Assembly (NCBI GenBank): GCA_027046625.1
Contig: JALTXX010000007.1
Coordinates: 1-55,903, forward strand
DNA length: 55,903 nucleotides
Direction of reading: 5' to 3'
DNA from: Candidatus Micrarchaeota archaeon
GTDB lineage: Archaea > Iainarchaeota > Iainarchaeia > JAADDC01
Below are positions 19,014 to 28,456 of this stretch, piece after piece. Position 1 is the first letter of the stretch; each line of letters starts with the position of its first letter. Both the position numbers and the translations under genes were made by a program. Under the pieces are notes generated by a model. The model saw only the letters and a program-made list of their open reading frames with translations, was not told the DNA's origin and searched no databases.

Positions 19014-21085
19014 GCTTCCACCACGGGTATTTCCTTCTCTACCACACCTGTGATTCCATCCACCAGTAACTTTATTTTTTTGTTGCCTGACTGTATTATA
19101 CCTACCCATACGGGTCTATAAATTACGTCTATGTGTTTTGGCACCACTCCTGGCCATATGGAACGGATAATATCTCCCGCTCTTTCCTCGTCAAAATTAT
19201 AGGGTAGTATCTCCTCTTTTCTTATGGTAGCCTCCGTAACCATTACCTCTTTCATAGATCCGATGAGAGGATGTTCGGGTGAGATGGGCAGGTCAATCTC
19301 CAAGGGAGTGTAGAACCTACCGTTTTCCTCCTTCACCATACCACCGTTTTTTAGTATTTCAAGGTCCTTCTCCGCAAGTTGGGGAGGGACTTTGGCTCTT
19401 GCTATAATCTCTGAAAGAGTAGAGCCAGGGTGGTGTTTTAGAAATATAAGGATCTTTCTCTGATTCCTGTTAAGCTTGTATAGATGCTTTAAACCCTTGG
19501 AAAATACAAGTTTCCCATCTTTTATATGTATGAACTCACCTTCATATCCATCTATGTATGCCACCCTTGTAGTGGAGGAAAGCGCATCATAGTAGGCAAA
19601 GGTTACTTCCCAGACGGGTACGAACCTAAGTTGAAGCTGCTCCACTTTCACCCCAATACCTAACATGCCAAGAATGCCTGCGGACGACCTCATAATCCTC
19701 CGTGCCTTATCTTCGTATATGTTTATTACAAACATGCGAGATTTTTCCTTCCTTTCCTCCTTTTTCACCTTTATCACCTCCGCCTTTTCGTCAACACCCA
19801 TCTCCCTTCCTTCATGTTGGCTCTTCCTAGGTCTAATGCGGGCAATGAATGCCCTTGATGTCGCATCCTCCCTATCTCCAATTACAGCCACTCCTACAGG
19901 GAGTTTTCTCATGAAGCTTCCGCCATACTCCTTTGGGAGTATATTAGGCATACGTTTTTCCACAGCCTTTACATCCTCTGAAAAGACAAGCTTATGTACA
20001 ATGAGGATATCCAGCTGGGAAAGTACCTTCGTATCTATGGCAGATGGTTGTTGGGTTGCCAGCACAAGCGAACAGCCAGGCCTTCTACCCTGCTTTACAT
20101 ACTCTATGAGAGGATCCGTAGCAGGTGTTTTCTTGGATCCTGAGGGTATGAGGGTATGAGCTTCGTCGATAATGAGCCATGTGGGTGGAATGTCTGTTTC
20201 CTTTTGCTCCCAGCTGCTAAGGTTTAGAATATCGGCTGCTACTCCTCTTGTAATGAGCTTTCTTGCCTGTAGAATCCTCCTTGCCATTACACCAATTATA
20301 AGGGCTCCCACATTCTCTTCAAGGAAGGATATATCTATTACGGCCACTCTGCCTGGCTTTATAATGTCTGATAGGGGAGTGCCCGGCTTTTTGAAGATTC
20401 CCCATCCCCTTGCTGCATAAAATCGGGAGAGTAGTGCCCTTACAGTTTCCTTCTTGAACCCTTTTTCCTTGTCTACAAACTCTCCGCTTTCCAACAGAGA
20501 GATTATATCCTCAATGCCATAATCCTCCCCATACTCCTCCTTTACCGTCTCAATTATCTTGTCCAGAAGGAGCCCAGCCGGAGAGAAGCGATCCAACCCA
20601 AATGTAAGTACCCAGTCATCAACGGTAAGCATGGAAGGTTTTAGGGAGAAGAGTTTGTCATAGGTTTCCGGCGGAACCACATCCTTCATCCCTTCAGGTA
20701 TGAACACATCAACATTTTCAAACCCTTTCGGTTCTAACCCCCACTTTGCAAGCCTCTCTATTTCATCTTCCTGTCTGTTTGGCAGTTTCATGGACCAGAA
20801 GATACCTATAGGATCTATTACCACAACACCCACATATGGATTATTCTCCGCCAGTTCTTCTACAATTACTCCAAGAGTATAGGACTTACCTGATCCTCTC
20901 GCCCCTGCCACGAACACCACATGAGGATATAGGGCGTCCATGTAGAGTTCATACCCTTTTAGATCCTCATCCTCCACCCTTCCTATGTGTAGGGCTGTTT
21001 TAAAGCCTTCTTTCTTGAAAACAGATGATTTTCTACCTATAATAACCCGTTTCTCCCCATCTCCCAACATTGTGAGGGGCTCCAT
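19010..21085 (-). CDS. HerA/DUF87-family ATPase with extra C-terminal domain (two PVW repeats plus wHTH)
   Basis: Walker A GARGSGKS, Walker B IIDEAH, QGR.PG.SLVLATQQP. Confidence 0.88.
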   Translation of the reverse strand: MEPLTMLGDGEKRVIIGRKSSVFKKEGFKTALHIGRVEDEDLKGYELYMDALYPHVVFVAGARGSGKSYTLGVIVEELAENNPYVGVVVIDPIGIFWSMKLPNRQEDEIERLAKWGLEPKGFENVDVFIPEGMKDVVPPETYDKLFSLKPSMLTVDDWVLTFGLDRFSPAGLLLDKIIETVKEEYGEDYGIEDIISLLESGEFVDKEKGFKKETVRALLSRFYAARGWGIFKKPGTPLSDIIKPGRVAVIDISFLEENVGALIIGVMARRILQARKLITRGVAADILNLSSWEQKETDIPPTWLIIDEAHTLIPSGSKKTPATDPLIEYVKQGRRPGCSLVLATQQPSAIDTKVLSQLDILIVHKLVFSEDVKAVEKRMPNILPKEYGGSFMRKLPVGVAVIGDREDATSRAFIARIRPRKSQHEGREMGVDEKAEVIKVKKEERKEKSRMFVINIYEDKARRIMRSSAGILGMLGIGVKVEQLQLRFVPVWEVTFAYYDALSSTTRVAYIDGYEGEFIHIKDGKLVFSKGLKHLYKLNRNQRKILIFLKHHPGSTLSEIIARAKVPPQLAEKDLEILKNGGMVKEENGRFYTPLEIDLPISPEHPLIGSMKEVMVTEATIRKEEILPYNFDEERAGDIIRSIWPGVVPKHIDVIYRPVWVGIIQSGNKKIKLLVDGITGVVEKEIPVVEA

Positions 21086-21106
21086 CGGGCATATTAGGTA
21101 AAGGGC

Positions 21107-23209
21107 CTATAAAAACTCATCGAGGGTGGACTGCTCCCCTTTCCTCATTTCTCTCTTATCTTCCTCTGAAAGGGAAATCTTCAGCTGTTTCAAAATATTT
21201 AGAGCTGTTTTGTAGCCTAAGATAGAGGATAAAAGGGCTGGGGGAGCTCTTTTTATGTCTTCCGGTGTTTTTATCCCCCTTGAATACAATTTTCTAGCTC
21301 GGATCCTCCCTATGCCTTTTATCTGTACGAGGGGGATGAGTTCTTCCTTGATTCCATGCTTTATCCTCTCTGTCATTCGAAGAGAGAAGTTGTAAAGGGA
21401 CGCATTACCTTCTAACCTTGCTATCTCTCCCAACGAGTAGGAGAGCCACTCTGCATTAGTAAGGATCCCCCTTAGGATACCGGGAAACACTCCAAACTCC
21501 TTTGATATAGAATCTTCATCTCTCTCCTCTATCCATGCTTCTAAGAGGAGTGCAAGTTTAAATTTGTTCAAAAAGTGGATATCCATAATTAGTTCATCGA
21601 AGGGAATGGTCAGTTCGTCCTTTCTTTCCTCCGCCATCACAAGGAGGTTTATCTCTTCCCTCTTTCCAACAGGAAGATAGGGGTACATCTCCCATGTAGA
21701 GGATACGGTGAAAAGATATGGGAAGGATCCGATCTTTCTGCCCTTAGCAAAAAGGGAGAACTGGTAGCCAGTCTCCGGATCTATGTAGAGGGATGCTACC
21801 CTCCTCCCCAAACGGGTTACACTAAATGCCTCTATCATTCCCCAATTTTCTAGATCCTTTAAACTATCTTTTATTAGCAGCTCCAATTCCTCAATGTCCC
21901 TCTTTTGTCTAAAGAATAGTGTGTTTGAGAAGAATGTGAGAGCACTCTCCTCATCTTTTATAATACCCTCCTTTATGAGACCGAGGAGGTGAAACCTTAT
22001 ACTTCTCCTAGAGGAGAGCCTGGAAAGTACCTCCTCAGGTTCTCCAAGCACGTATTTCTCCATTATATAGGAAGCTTCTGTCTCAGATTTTGCCATGGTA
22101 ATCGCAATACCCTCCTTATCATACTTCGGTCTGCCAGCCCTCCCTACCATTTGCTTATACTCCCTCACTGTTATCTCTGCGGTATAAAGATCTTCCATCC
22201 TTTTTACAGAGGATATGATTACCATGTAGGAGGGTAGATTAACCCCTGCGGCTAAGGTGGGTGTTGCTACCACAATTCTAACCTTCCCTGATCTGAAAGC
22301 GTCTTCTACAGCTTCCCTCTGTTGGGATACCAGACCTGCGTGATGGAATGCAACCCCGTATAGCATATCTTCCGCCAGCTCCTTGCACTGTTCTGTGGGA
22401 GACTCTAAAGCCTCAAGCACCTTCCTCACATAGGGTTCTACGTCTCTTCTGGCAAATTTTTTCCCTACCTCTCTTAGTTTTCTTGCAGTGGAGACGGCAC
22501 TTTTCCTTGTTGGTGAAAATATGAGTACACTTTTACCTTGTGAGAGAACCTTCTCTATAATCTCCTCTATTTCTCCCCACTCTTCCCTTTTTTCGGGAAA
22601 CACAACCTGCCCATCATAGTATACCCCTTCTTTTAGTGGAACAGGCCTCCAGTCGCTCTTTACAAGCTTAGCACCTAGCCAATCCGCTATCTCATAGTCA
22701 TTGGGTACTGTAGCGGAGAGACCTACTATCTGGACTCTCCCCTTCATTCTAGTAAGTAGTATTTCAAGGGTGGGGCCCCTGTCAGAGTCTAGCATGTGGA
22801 TTTCATCTACAACAAGCACTCCTACCCTATTTAGCCATTGGGGACCCTGTCTAAGAAGAGAATCGAGTTTCTCATAGGTGGTGAAGATGGCATTGTAGGA
22901 TCCTAAGTGTTCGTCCTTTGCGTCGTAATCTCCTGTTGAAAGAGCGGTGGAAAATTCTGGGTACTTCCTTTTGAAATCTTTGTAATGCTCGGAGGCTAAT
23001 GCCTTAAGAGGGGAGGTATATACAGCTATCTTCCCTTTTATGATGGAGGAAACCATAGCTAACTCTCCTATTAGTGTCTTACCTGAGGCTGTAGGGGAGG
23101 ATACAAGGATATTTGTACCCTCTGTAACACCTTCCTCTATGGCCATCTTCTGAACGGGGTTAAAAGCGTTGTACCCGTTCCTCTCCAGTACAAGTGAGGG
23201 AATATCCAC
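21107..23209 (-). CDS. hel308: Ski2-like DNA helicase Hel308/Hjm
   Basis: PTASGKT, DEIH, LSAT, HHAGL, TLAAGVNLP, QMVGRAGRP, HhH GIGRIRAR, C-terminal PIP-like QSTLDEFL. Confidence 0.95.
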   Translation of the reverse strand: MDIPSLVLERNGYNAFNPVQKMAIEEGVTEGTNILVSSPTASGKTLIGELAMVSSIIKGKIAVYTSPLKALASEHYKDFKRKYPEFSTALSTGDYDAKDEHLGSYNAIFTTYEKLDSLLRQGPQWLNRVGVLVVDEIHMLDSDRGPTLEILLTRMKGRVQIVGLSATVPNDYEIADWLGAKLVKSDWRPVPLKEGVYYDGQVVFPEKREEWGEIEEIIEKVLSQGKSVLIFSPTRKSAVSTARKLREVGKKFARRDVEPYVRKVLEALESPTEQCKELAEDMLYGVAFHHAGLVSQQREAVEDAFRSGKVRIVVATPTLAAGVNLPSYMVIISSVKRMEDLYTAEITVREYKQMVGRAGRPKYDKEGIAITMAKSETEASYIMEKYVLGEPEEVLSRLSSRRSIRFHLLGLIKEGIIKDEESALTFFSNTLFFRQKRDIEELELLIKDSLKDLENWGMIEAFSVTRLGRRVASLYIDPETGYQFSLFAKGRKIGSFPYLFTVSSTWEMYPYLPVGKREEINLLVMAEERKDELTIPFDELIMDIHFLNKFKLALLLEAWIEERDEDSISKEFGVFPGILRGILTNAEWLSYSLGEIARLEGNASLYNFSLRMTERIKHGIKEELIPLVQIKGIGRIRARKLYSRGIKTPEDIKRAPPALLSSILGYKTALNILKQLKISLSEEDKREMRKGEQSTLDEFL

Positions 23210-23231
23210 ATTAGTGTATGGAACGATGGGT

Positions 23232-24062
23232 TTATCTACTGATACCTAAGAAAAGAGAGAACCCCTCTCCTACGAGATACGCAACGAACGCAACTCCCAA
23301 ACTGAGGGTTACCATGGTGAAGAACTCCTCTCTGGAGGAGGTTTCCCTTACTACTGAAATGTACCACGAGAAGAACGCAACGAGAGAAATAGCTACTCCA
23401 AGAGATGTTAATAACGCTTGAATACTTTCTTTTAAGAGAAAGAACGGTGTAACCAATAGGATAACCACCGATATATACGCTATACCGGTGTATATGGCTC
23501 CCTTTAGAGGGTTTCTATCCCCTTCTGCTCTTCTTGATAGAAATTCGGATGCCGCCATACTAAGGGCTGCGGATACCCCCACCACAAGGGACGAAATCGC
23601 TATAAGTATGGAGTTTTGAAGGGCGAATGTAAGGCCCGTAAGACTGCCAGTCATCTCAACAAGGGCATCGTTAAGCCCCAGAACAGTAGAACCTATGTAT
23701 TTTGCTCTCTCATCTTTTAGTTGAAGATCTAATTGTTTTATGTGCATCTCTTCCTCCCTTAGAATTTCTCTAATAGGATTAAAACTACTTCCAACTTCTT
23801 TATACTGCTCTTTTAGTCTTTCTTTTCTCCTTTTTATGAGCTTTATAATGAAGTATACTCCGAATATGGAGGATAGAAGCATGTAAAACTTTACAATCCA
23901 TGGATTTGCCTCTTCTTCTCGGGCAAAAAGTTTTGAGAGGATATTATAATGCCTTCTTTCATCCTCCAAGAGAAGTTTTAAGGCATCTCTTTGTTGGGGA
24001 AATTTGTCCATGAGGGAGGTGTACAGCTCTATGAGCGTGCGTTCTTCCCTTAGGAGGTCCAC
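23232..24062 (-). CDS. Ferritin/rubrerythrin-like domain fused to VIT1/CCC1 transporter
   Basis: E..H motifs (DERRH, EEEMH); VLGLNDALVE and ALSMAASEFLS VIT1 motifs; several TM helices. Confidence 0.88.
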   Translation of the reverse strand: MDLLREERTLIELYTSLMDKFPQQRDALKLLLEDERRHYNILSKLFAREEEANPWIVKFYMLLSSIFGVYFIIKLIKRRKERLKEQYKEVGSSFNPIREILREEEMHIKQLDLQLKDERAKYIGSTVLGLNDALVEMTGSLTGLTFALQNSILIAISSLVVGVSAALSMAASEFLSRRAEGDRNPLKGAIYTGIAYISVVILLVTPFFLLKESIQALLTSLGVAISLVAFFSWYISVVRETSSREEFFTMVTLSLGVAFVAYLVGEGFSLFLGISR

Positions 24063-24126
24063 AAGAATGGAGAAAGTATGTAGGTTTTAAACGGTTTGGT
24101 AAATAGTTAACCCACAGGTGATATAG

Positions 24127-24246
24127 GTGGGTATACGCAAGAAAGATACCTCACGTTTCAAGAAGCCCCACGCTATGCAGCGCTGGAAGTGGAGAAAGAA
24201 GAAGATGAGAAGGCTGAAGAGGCGAAGAAGAAAGATGAGAAGATAA
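24127..24246 (+). CDS. rpl41e: Ribosomal protein eL41 (eS32); not in the ORF track
   Basis: GTG start after SD AGGTGAT; translates MGIRKKDTSRFKKPHAMQRWKWRKKKMRRLKRRRRKMRR, matching the KWRKK.MRRLKR.RRKMR consensus. Confidence 0.9.
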   Translation: MGIRKKDTSRFKKPHAMQRWKWRKKKMRRLKRRRRKMRR

Positions 24247-24269
24247 AAATTTAGGTTCCTATATCTATA

Positions 24270-24327
24270 GGCGGCCTGGCTGCGCGGTGCGATAGGTGAA
24301 ACACCGTCACGCGGGCCGCCTACACTA
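24270..24327 (+). ncRNA. Candidate single-hairpin H/ACA-type guide sRNA
   Basis: GC-rich intergenic hairpin: GGCGGCC/GGCCGCC lower stem, internal pocket, GCGGUG/CACCGU upper stem, GA..UGA K-loop-like apex, ACA at 24322-24324, 14 nt from the upper stem. Confidence 0.6.
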
Positions 24328-25999
24328 TCTCCAATCTTTTCAGGGTTTCCTCGGTTGGAGCACCATCCTTCCATCCCCTTATATTATAATACTCTTCAAG
24401 GAGATCTCTGTCCACCTCTATACCCAGCTTTTCTGGTAGTTTATCCTCCTCCCTTCCAACAGATTGTACATTAAACCATCTCTCTCCGGAGTAAATCCTT
24501 TCTCCTATCTCATAGCTGTTTATCTTTTCACCTGTTACCGCCTCTACCAACATGTCATAATCCTCAAAGGTGAGCTCATACATGGAGAAGGCGCATATTA
24601 CCAAGCTATCAACCACAGCAAATCCATTCTGCATTTCCACTACGTACTTTGCCTTCCCCTCCTTTGACTGAGGATCCATCCTTTGAAGGAGTATCTCATC
24701 CTTTAGCATAACTTGGTTATGATCTCCCCTGTTGGAGGTGGCCAGCGCAAGTGCAAAACCCTTTACCTTATCAGGACAACAAAGTCCTACGCTAATGTTT
24801 CTTACATCTGGAACAATATCGTCTCTTCCATACTTCTTTGCATACTCTATAGGCATGAGGGGGTACTTCCCCTCTCCCATATCCCTTATTACTTTTTCTA
24901 TTTTATCTGCGTTGCCCCATTCCACATCAACATCGATTAGCCCAGCCTCCTTAAGCTCTATGAGAGTTGCCACCATGCTGCCAGCGGATATTACGTCCAA
25001 TCCTAATCGTAAACATAGGTTATAGAGCTTTGTAATCTTTTTTATGTCAAAAATACCTAACATGGTCCCCAGGGATAGGTATCCTCCCCAGTATTCCGGT
25101 CCGCTGCCTTCCCCCTCTTCCCATTTGAGGTATTTGGCACATGCAATCTGACACCCCCAACAAGCCTTCTGTATGGACATTTTCCGGTCTATCATGCTGT
25201 CCCATCCTCTCAGAAGCTTCTCTCCATCCATTCTAACGCGTGTATTAAAGTTTACAGCAGGGATACCGCATGTTTTAGCAATTCTTGGCACCATCATCCC
25301 CACAGTTCCCCTTGTTCTCAAATCCTTCACTATATCATTTTGGGAAAGCCTGAATATCATTCTACTGGCTCTCTCCCTCAGAAGGTCTTCATCGTATACC
25401 TCCGGAGTATACTCCCCCTTTACTACCACAGCCTTTAGGTTCTTGGAACCCCAAACAGCTCCGTGTCCTGTTCTCCAAGCCGCTCTATGCCTATCACAGG
25501 ATAGGGCCGCGTATTTAACCCCCTTTTCTCCTGCAACACCTATAGTAACTACGCTGTAGCTTTCAAAATGGGAGGTTACCTCCCACGTATCCATTCCCCA
25601 AAGATGGGAGGCATCCCTTATGTCAAACCCTTCATCTGTTATTTCTATGTAAACGGGGTGTTCAGCTTTCCCCTTTATTACAACAGCATCTACACCTGCA
25701 AACCTCATGCGAGGCCCAAACTTCCCTCCGGCACTAGACCATGTAACCCTGTTATTTGCAGGTGATTTTGTGTAGGAGGTCCACCTACCAGGGGTGGGTA
25801 CCATCCTTATACCTGTTAGAGGACCTGCAGCCAGAATGATGGGATTATCTGGTGATAGGGGATCAACCTTTGGGTCTATGTGTGTTAGAAAGTACCATAT
25901 GCCAAATCCTCTCCCTCCGAGCCATTTTCTAAAATCAGATTTCGGCATTTTTCTTTCCTTTATACGTTCATCGGTGAGATCTATCTCGAGATACTTCAT
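24320..25999 (-). CDS. aor: Tungsten-dependent aldehyde:ferredoxin oxidoreductase family protein
   Basis: LGGRG, KSP, G.GAVWGSKNLKA, CWGCQIAC [4Fe-4S] motif, LGLD.IS.G, DSLVIC.F, YY.IRGW. Confidence 0.9.
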   Translation of the reverse strand: MKYLEIDLTDERIKERKMPKSDFRKWLGGRGFGIWYFLTHIDPKVDPLSPDNPIILAAGPLTGIRMVPTPGRWTSYTKSPANNRVTWSSAGGKFGPRMRFAGVDAVVIKGKAEHPVYIEITDEGFDIRDASHLWGMDTWEVTSHFESYSVVTIGVAGEKGVKYAALSCDRHRAAWRTGHGAVWGSKNLKAVVVKGEYTPEVYDEDLLRERASRMIFRLSQNDIVKDLRTRGTVGMMVPRIAKTCGIPAVNFNTRVRMDGEKLLRGWDSMIDRKMSIQKACWGCQIACAKYLKWEEGEGSGPEYWGGYLSLGTMLGIFDIKKITKLYNLCLRLGLDVISAGSMVATLIELKEAGLIDVDVEWGNADKIEKVIRDMGEGKYPLMPIEYAKKYGRDDIVPDVRNISVGLCCPDKVKGFALALATSNRGDHNQVMLKDEILLQRMDPQSKEGKAKYVVEMQNGFAVVDSLVICAFSMYELTFEDYDMLVEAVTGEKINSYEIGERIYSGERWFNVQSVGREEDKLPEKLGIEVDRDLLEEYYNIRGWKDGAPTEETLKRLEIV

Positions 26000-26030
26000 G
26001 GTATTAGAAGGTAAACCTCATTTAAATGTG

Positions 26031-27026
26031 CTATTTTTCCCTGTTAACCAGATACTCCGCCAGCTCCTTAAAAAATGTCTCCAGTCTTTCTCCCTCTATT
26101 TCCCTTATAGCCTCTGATACGAGCTTCTTCTTCAACCTGTTGGCATCGGGAAGTCCCCTCTTTTCTATTATGGCTCTCGCCTGCTCTATTAATTGCTCAT
26201 CGCTTGAACCAAGGGCCTCCTTCAGTATTTCCTTTTCTTCCTTCGTAGCATTCTTATAGGCCCTTACGATGAGATAGCTTCTCTTCCCCTCCCTTATATC
26301 GCTTCCTGAAGGTTTTCCTGTCACCTCAGGATCTCCAAACACACCTATTATATCGTCTTGTATCTGAAAGGCTACCCCAGCACCTATTCCAAATCTATAC
26401 AAATTGTCTCCGTCCATACCTGCCATGTTTGCACCTAGTTGTAAGGGAAACCCAAGGGTATAGATACCTGTCTTGAGCTCGTACATGAGGAGAATATCCT
26501 CCTCCTTTACCTGATCTAGGGGTTGTTTTGAGAGGTAGAGATCAATGTTTTGCCCGTAACCCGTTCTTATCATAACATCTGTGAGCTTATCAATGATGAA
26601 TTCCTTGTTAGGTGCATTACTTTCTATAATTTTCCTAAACACCAGGGAGTATAGGATATCACCTGCTACCACAGCAAGGGAGTATGCGAGGTGCCTATCC
26701 TTTACATCCTCCTCGAAGCGTTTCCACACTGTTGGTAACCCTCTTCTTATCTCATCCCTATCCATAAAATCATCGTGTATGAGAAGAAATGCGTGGAATA
26801 ATTCAAGGGCAGCCGCCACCTTTATCACATAGGGAGGGACTTTGTCCACGTAGTTGTTATAGCCTGCAATAAGAAGAATGGGTCTCACCCTTTTCCCTGG
26901 GGAGAGAACAAACTCCTGTATGTATCTCATGGTTTTCTCGTTTATAACCCCAAAGTCCTTTGTTTGTGGAACCCTTAGCTCTTCCTCCACGGGAGGAATC
27001 CATTGCTTAAAGTACTCCTTTAGCAC
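26031..27026 (-). CDS. idsA: Polyprenyl diphosphate (GGPP-type) synthase, paralog 1
   Basis: GKRVRP, FARM HDDFMD..RRG, GQ, KT, FQIQDD, GK...SD.REGK. Confidence 0.92.
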   Translation of the reverse strand: MLKEYFKQWIPPVEEELRVPQTKDFGVINEKTMRYIQEFVLSPGKRVRPILLIAGYNNYVDKVPPYVIKVAAALELFHAFLLIHDDFMDRDEIRRGLPTVWKRFEEDVKDRHLAYSLAVVAGDILYSLVFRKIIESNAPNKEFIIDKLTDVMIRTGYGQNIDLYLSKQPLDQVKEEDILLMYELKTGIYTLGFPLQLGANMAGMDGDNLYRFGIGAGVAFQIQDDIIGVFGDPEVTGKPSGSDIREGKRSYLIVRAYKNATKEEKEILKEALGSSDEQLIEQARAIIEKRGLPDANRLKKKLVSEAIREIEGERLETFFKELAEYLVNREK

Positions 27027-27062
27027 GGAGGGAGTGGATTGTATATGTTTTTAATGATATGC

Positions 27063-27290
27063 CTATTCTTCGTTTTCTGCCGGTGCAGTTTCTACCACTA
27101 TATAATCTTCTTCTTTCTCTTCCTTTAAAATAGAGTATCCCACAGTATCCAAAATCTCCTTTACAAGTGACAATTGATCTTCTCTTAACAAAATTCTAAG
27201 GGGTTTCCCCTTTGAAAGATAAGAGGAGAGGATACTTACAGGATTATCCACACAACCTACTCCCGCCCTTCTTAAATCTACCTCCATCAT
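27063..27290 (-). CDS. TusA/SirA-like small sulfur carrier protein
   Basis: EVDLR...GCVDNP (CPxP variant); 75 aa; overlaps the sufS stop. Confidence 0.6.
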   Translation of the reverse strand: MMEVDLRRAGVGCVDNPVSILSSYLSKGKPLRILLREDQLSLVKEILDTVGYSILKEEKEEDYIVVETAPAENEE

Positions 27291-28456
27291 ACCATCTCCT
27301 TTATCGCATCAAGGAGTTTTTCAATGTCACTCTCATCGTTGTAGAGATAGAAGGAGGCCCTCACACTACCCCTATATACCCCCAACCTCTCATGAAGGGG
27401 CTGGGCGCAGTGGAAACCACTCCTTACACATATTTTTCTCCTTCCTAGTTTGAGAGCTAGGAGATGTGGATCGATGTCCTCTCTCCAAAAGGCTACTACC
27501 CCACCCCTTCTTTCATTTCCTATTACATGGAACCCCATATCTTCAAGTTCCTCCTTTAACTTCAATGCAAGGCTCCTTTCGTGCTCAAATAACCAGTCTA
27601 TGTGTTTTTCAAGGTATTTAACTGCCTCCATAAAGCCTACTGCCCCTGCTACATTGGGAGTACCGGCTTCATACTTCCATGGGAGTTCATTCCACTCCAC
27701 CTCTATTCCATCCCTGTAATGTACCTCCCTTATCATATCTCCCCCTAATAGGAAGGGCTCCCCAGCCTCTAGTAGTTCCTCCCTCATCCATAAAGCCCCC
27801 ATGCCCATAGGACCTAGCATTTTATGGGCCGAAAATGCTATGGCATCAAACATGATCTTTGTTCTTATATGAGGTACGCTCTGAGCTCCATCCACCACAA
27901 GGATGCTTCCAGTCTCTTCACACTTTTCTCTTATGGGAGATATGTCTGTAATATACCCAGTAACGTTTGACGCTCCTTGGATAGAAACAACAGCAGTATT
28001 ATCGTTAATGTGTTTCACAACCTTGTCTTCTGGAATAGTTCCATCCTCTCTTACATCCACCACCCTTAGTTCTGCCTTCATATCCTTTGCGAGCCTCCAC
28101 CATGGAAGGAGGTTGCTGTGATGCTCTGATAGGGATACCACAATGTTAGAACCCTTCTTTACGAACGTTCTTAGAATGTGGGCTGCCAGGTTTAACCCCT
28201 CTGTGGCGTTCCTTACAAATACCACCTCTCTCCATTGTTTCACTCCTAAGAAGTCTGCCACCGCCTTATGAGCCTCCTCATAGAGTTCTGTGGACCTTTC
28301 TGCAAGCGGATACACGCCTCTGTGTACGTTGGCATTCCACCTCTCATAGTACTCCTTTATGGCATTTATAACACTGCTTGGTTTCTGGGTGGTAGCTGCA
28401 TTATCAAGATAAACCCATTCTCTTAATAGGGGGAAGTCCTCCTTTAACACCTCCAT
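27287..28456 (-). CDS. sufS: Cysteine desulfurase, SufS (group II)
   Basis: YLDNAATTQKP, EHHSN, DGAQS, SAHKMLGP (PLP Lys), RSGFHCAQP (catalytic Cys). Confidence 0.95.
   Translation of the reverse strand: MEVLKEDFPLLREWVYLDNAATTQKPSSVINAIKEYYERWNANVHRGVYPLAERSTELYEEAHKAVADFLGVKQWREVVFVRNATEGLNLAAHILRTFVKKGSNIVVSLSEHHSNLLPWWRLAKDMKAELRVVDVREDGTIPEDKVVKHINDNTAVVSIQGASNVTGYITDISPIREKCEETGSILVVDGAQSVPHIRTKIMFDAIAFSAHKMLGPMGMGALWMREELLEAGEPFLLGGDMIREVHYRDGIEVEWNELPWKYEAGTPNVAGAVGFMEAVKYLEKHIDWLFEHERSLALKLKEELEDMGFHVIGNERRGGVVAFWREDIDPHLLALKLGRRKICVRSGFHCAQPLHERLGVYRGSVRASFYLYNDESDIEKLLDAIKEMV

Noticed and set aside
24270-24322. SECIS or pyrrolysine read-through element for aor
   Set aside because: aor has no in-frame UGA, the protein ends at the normal family C-terminus, and no sel or pyl genes are in the window; H/ACA geometry fits better
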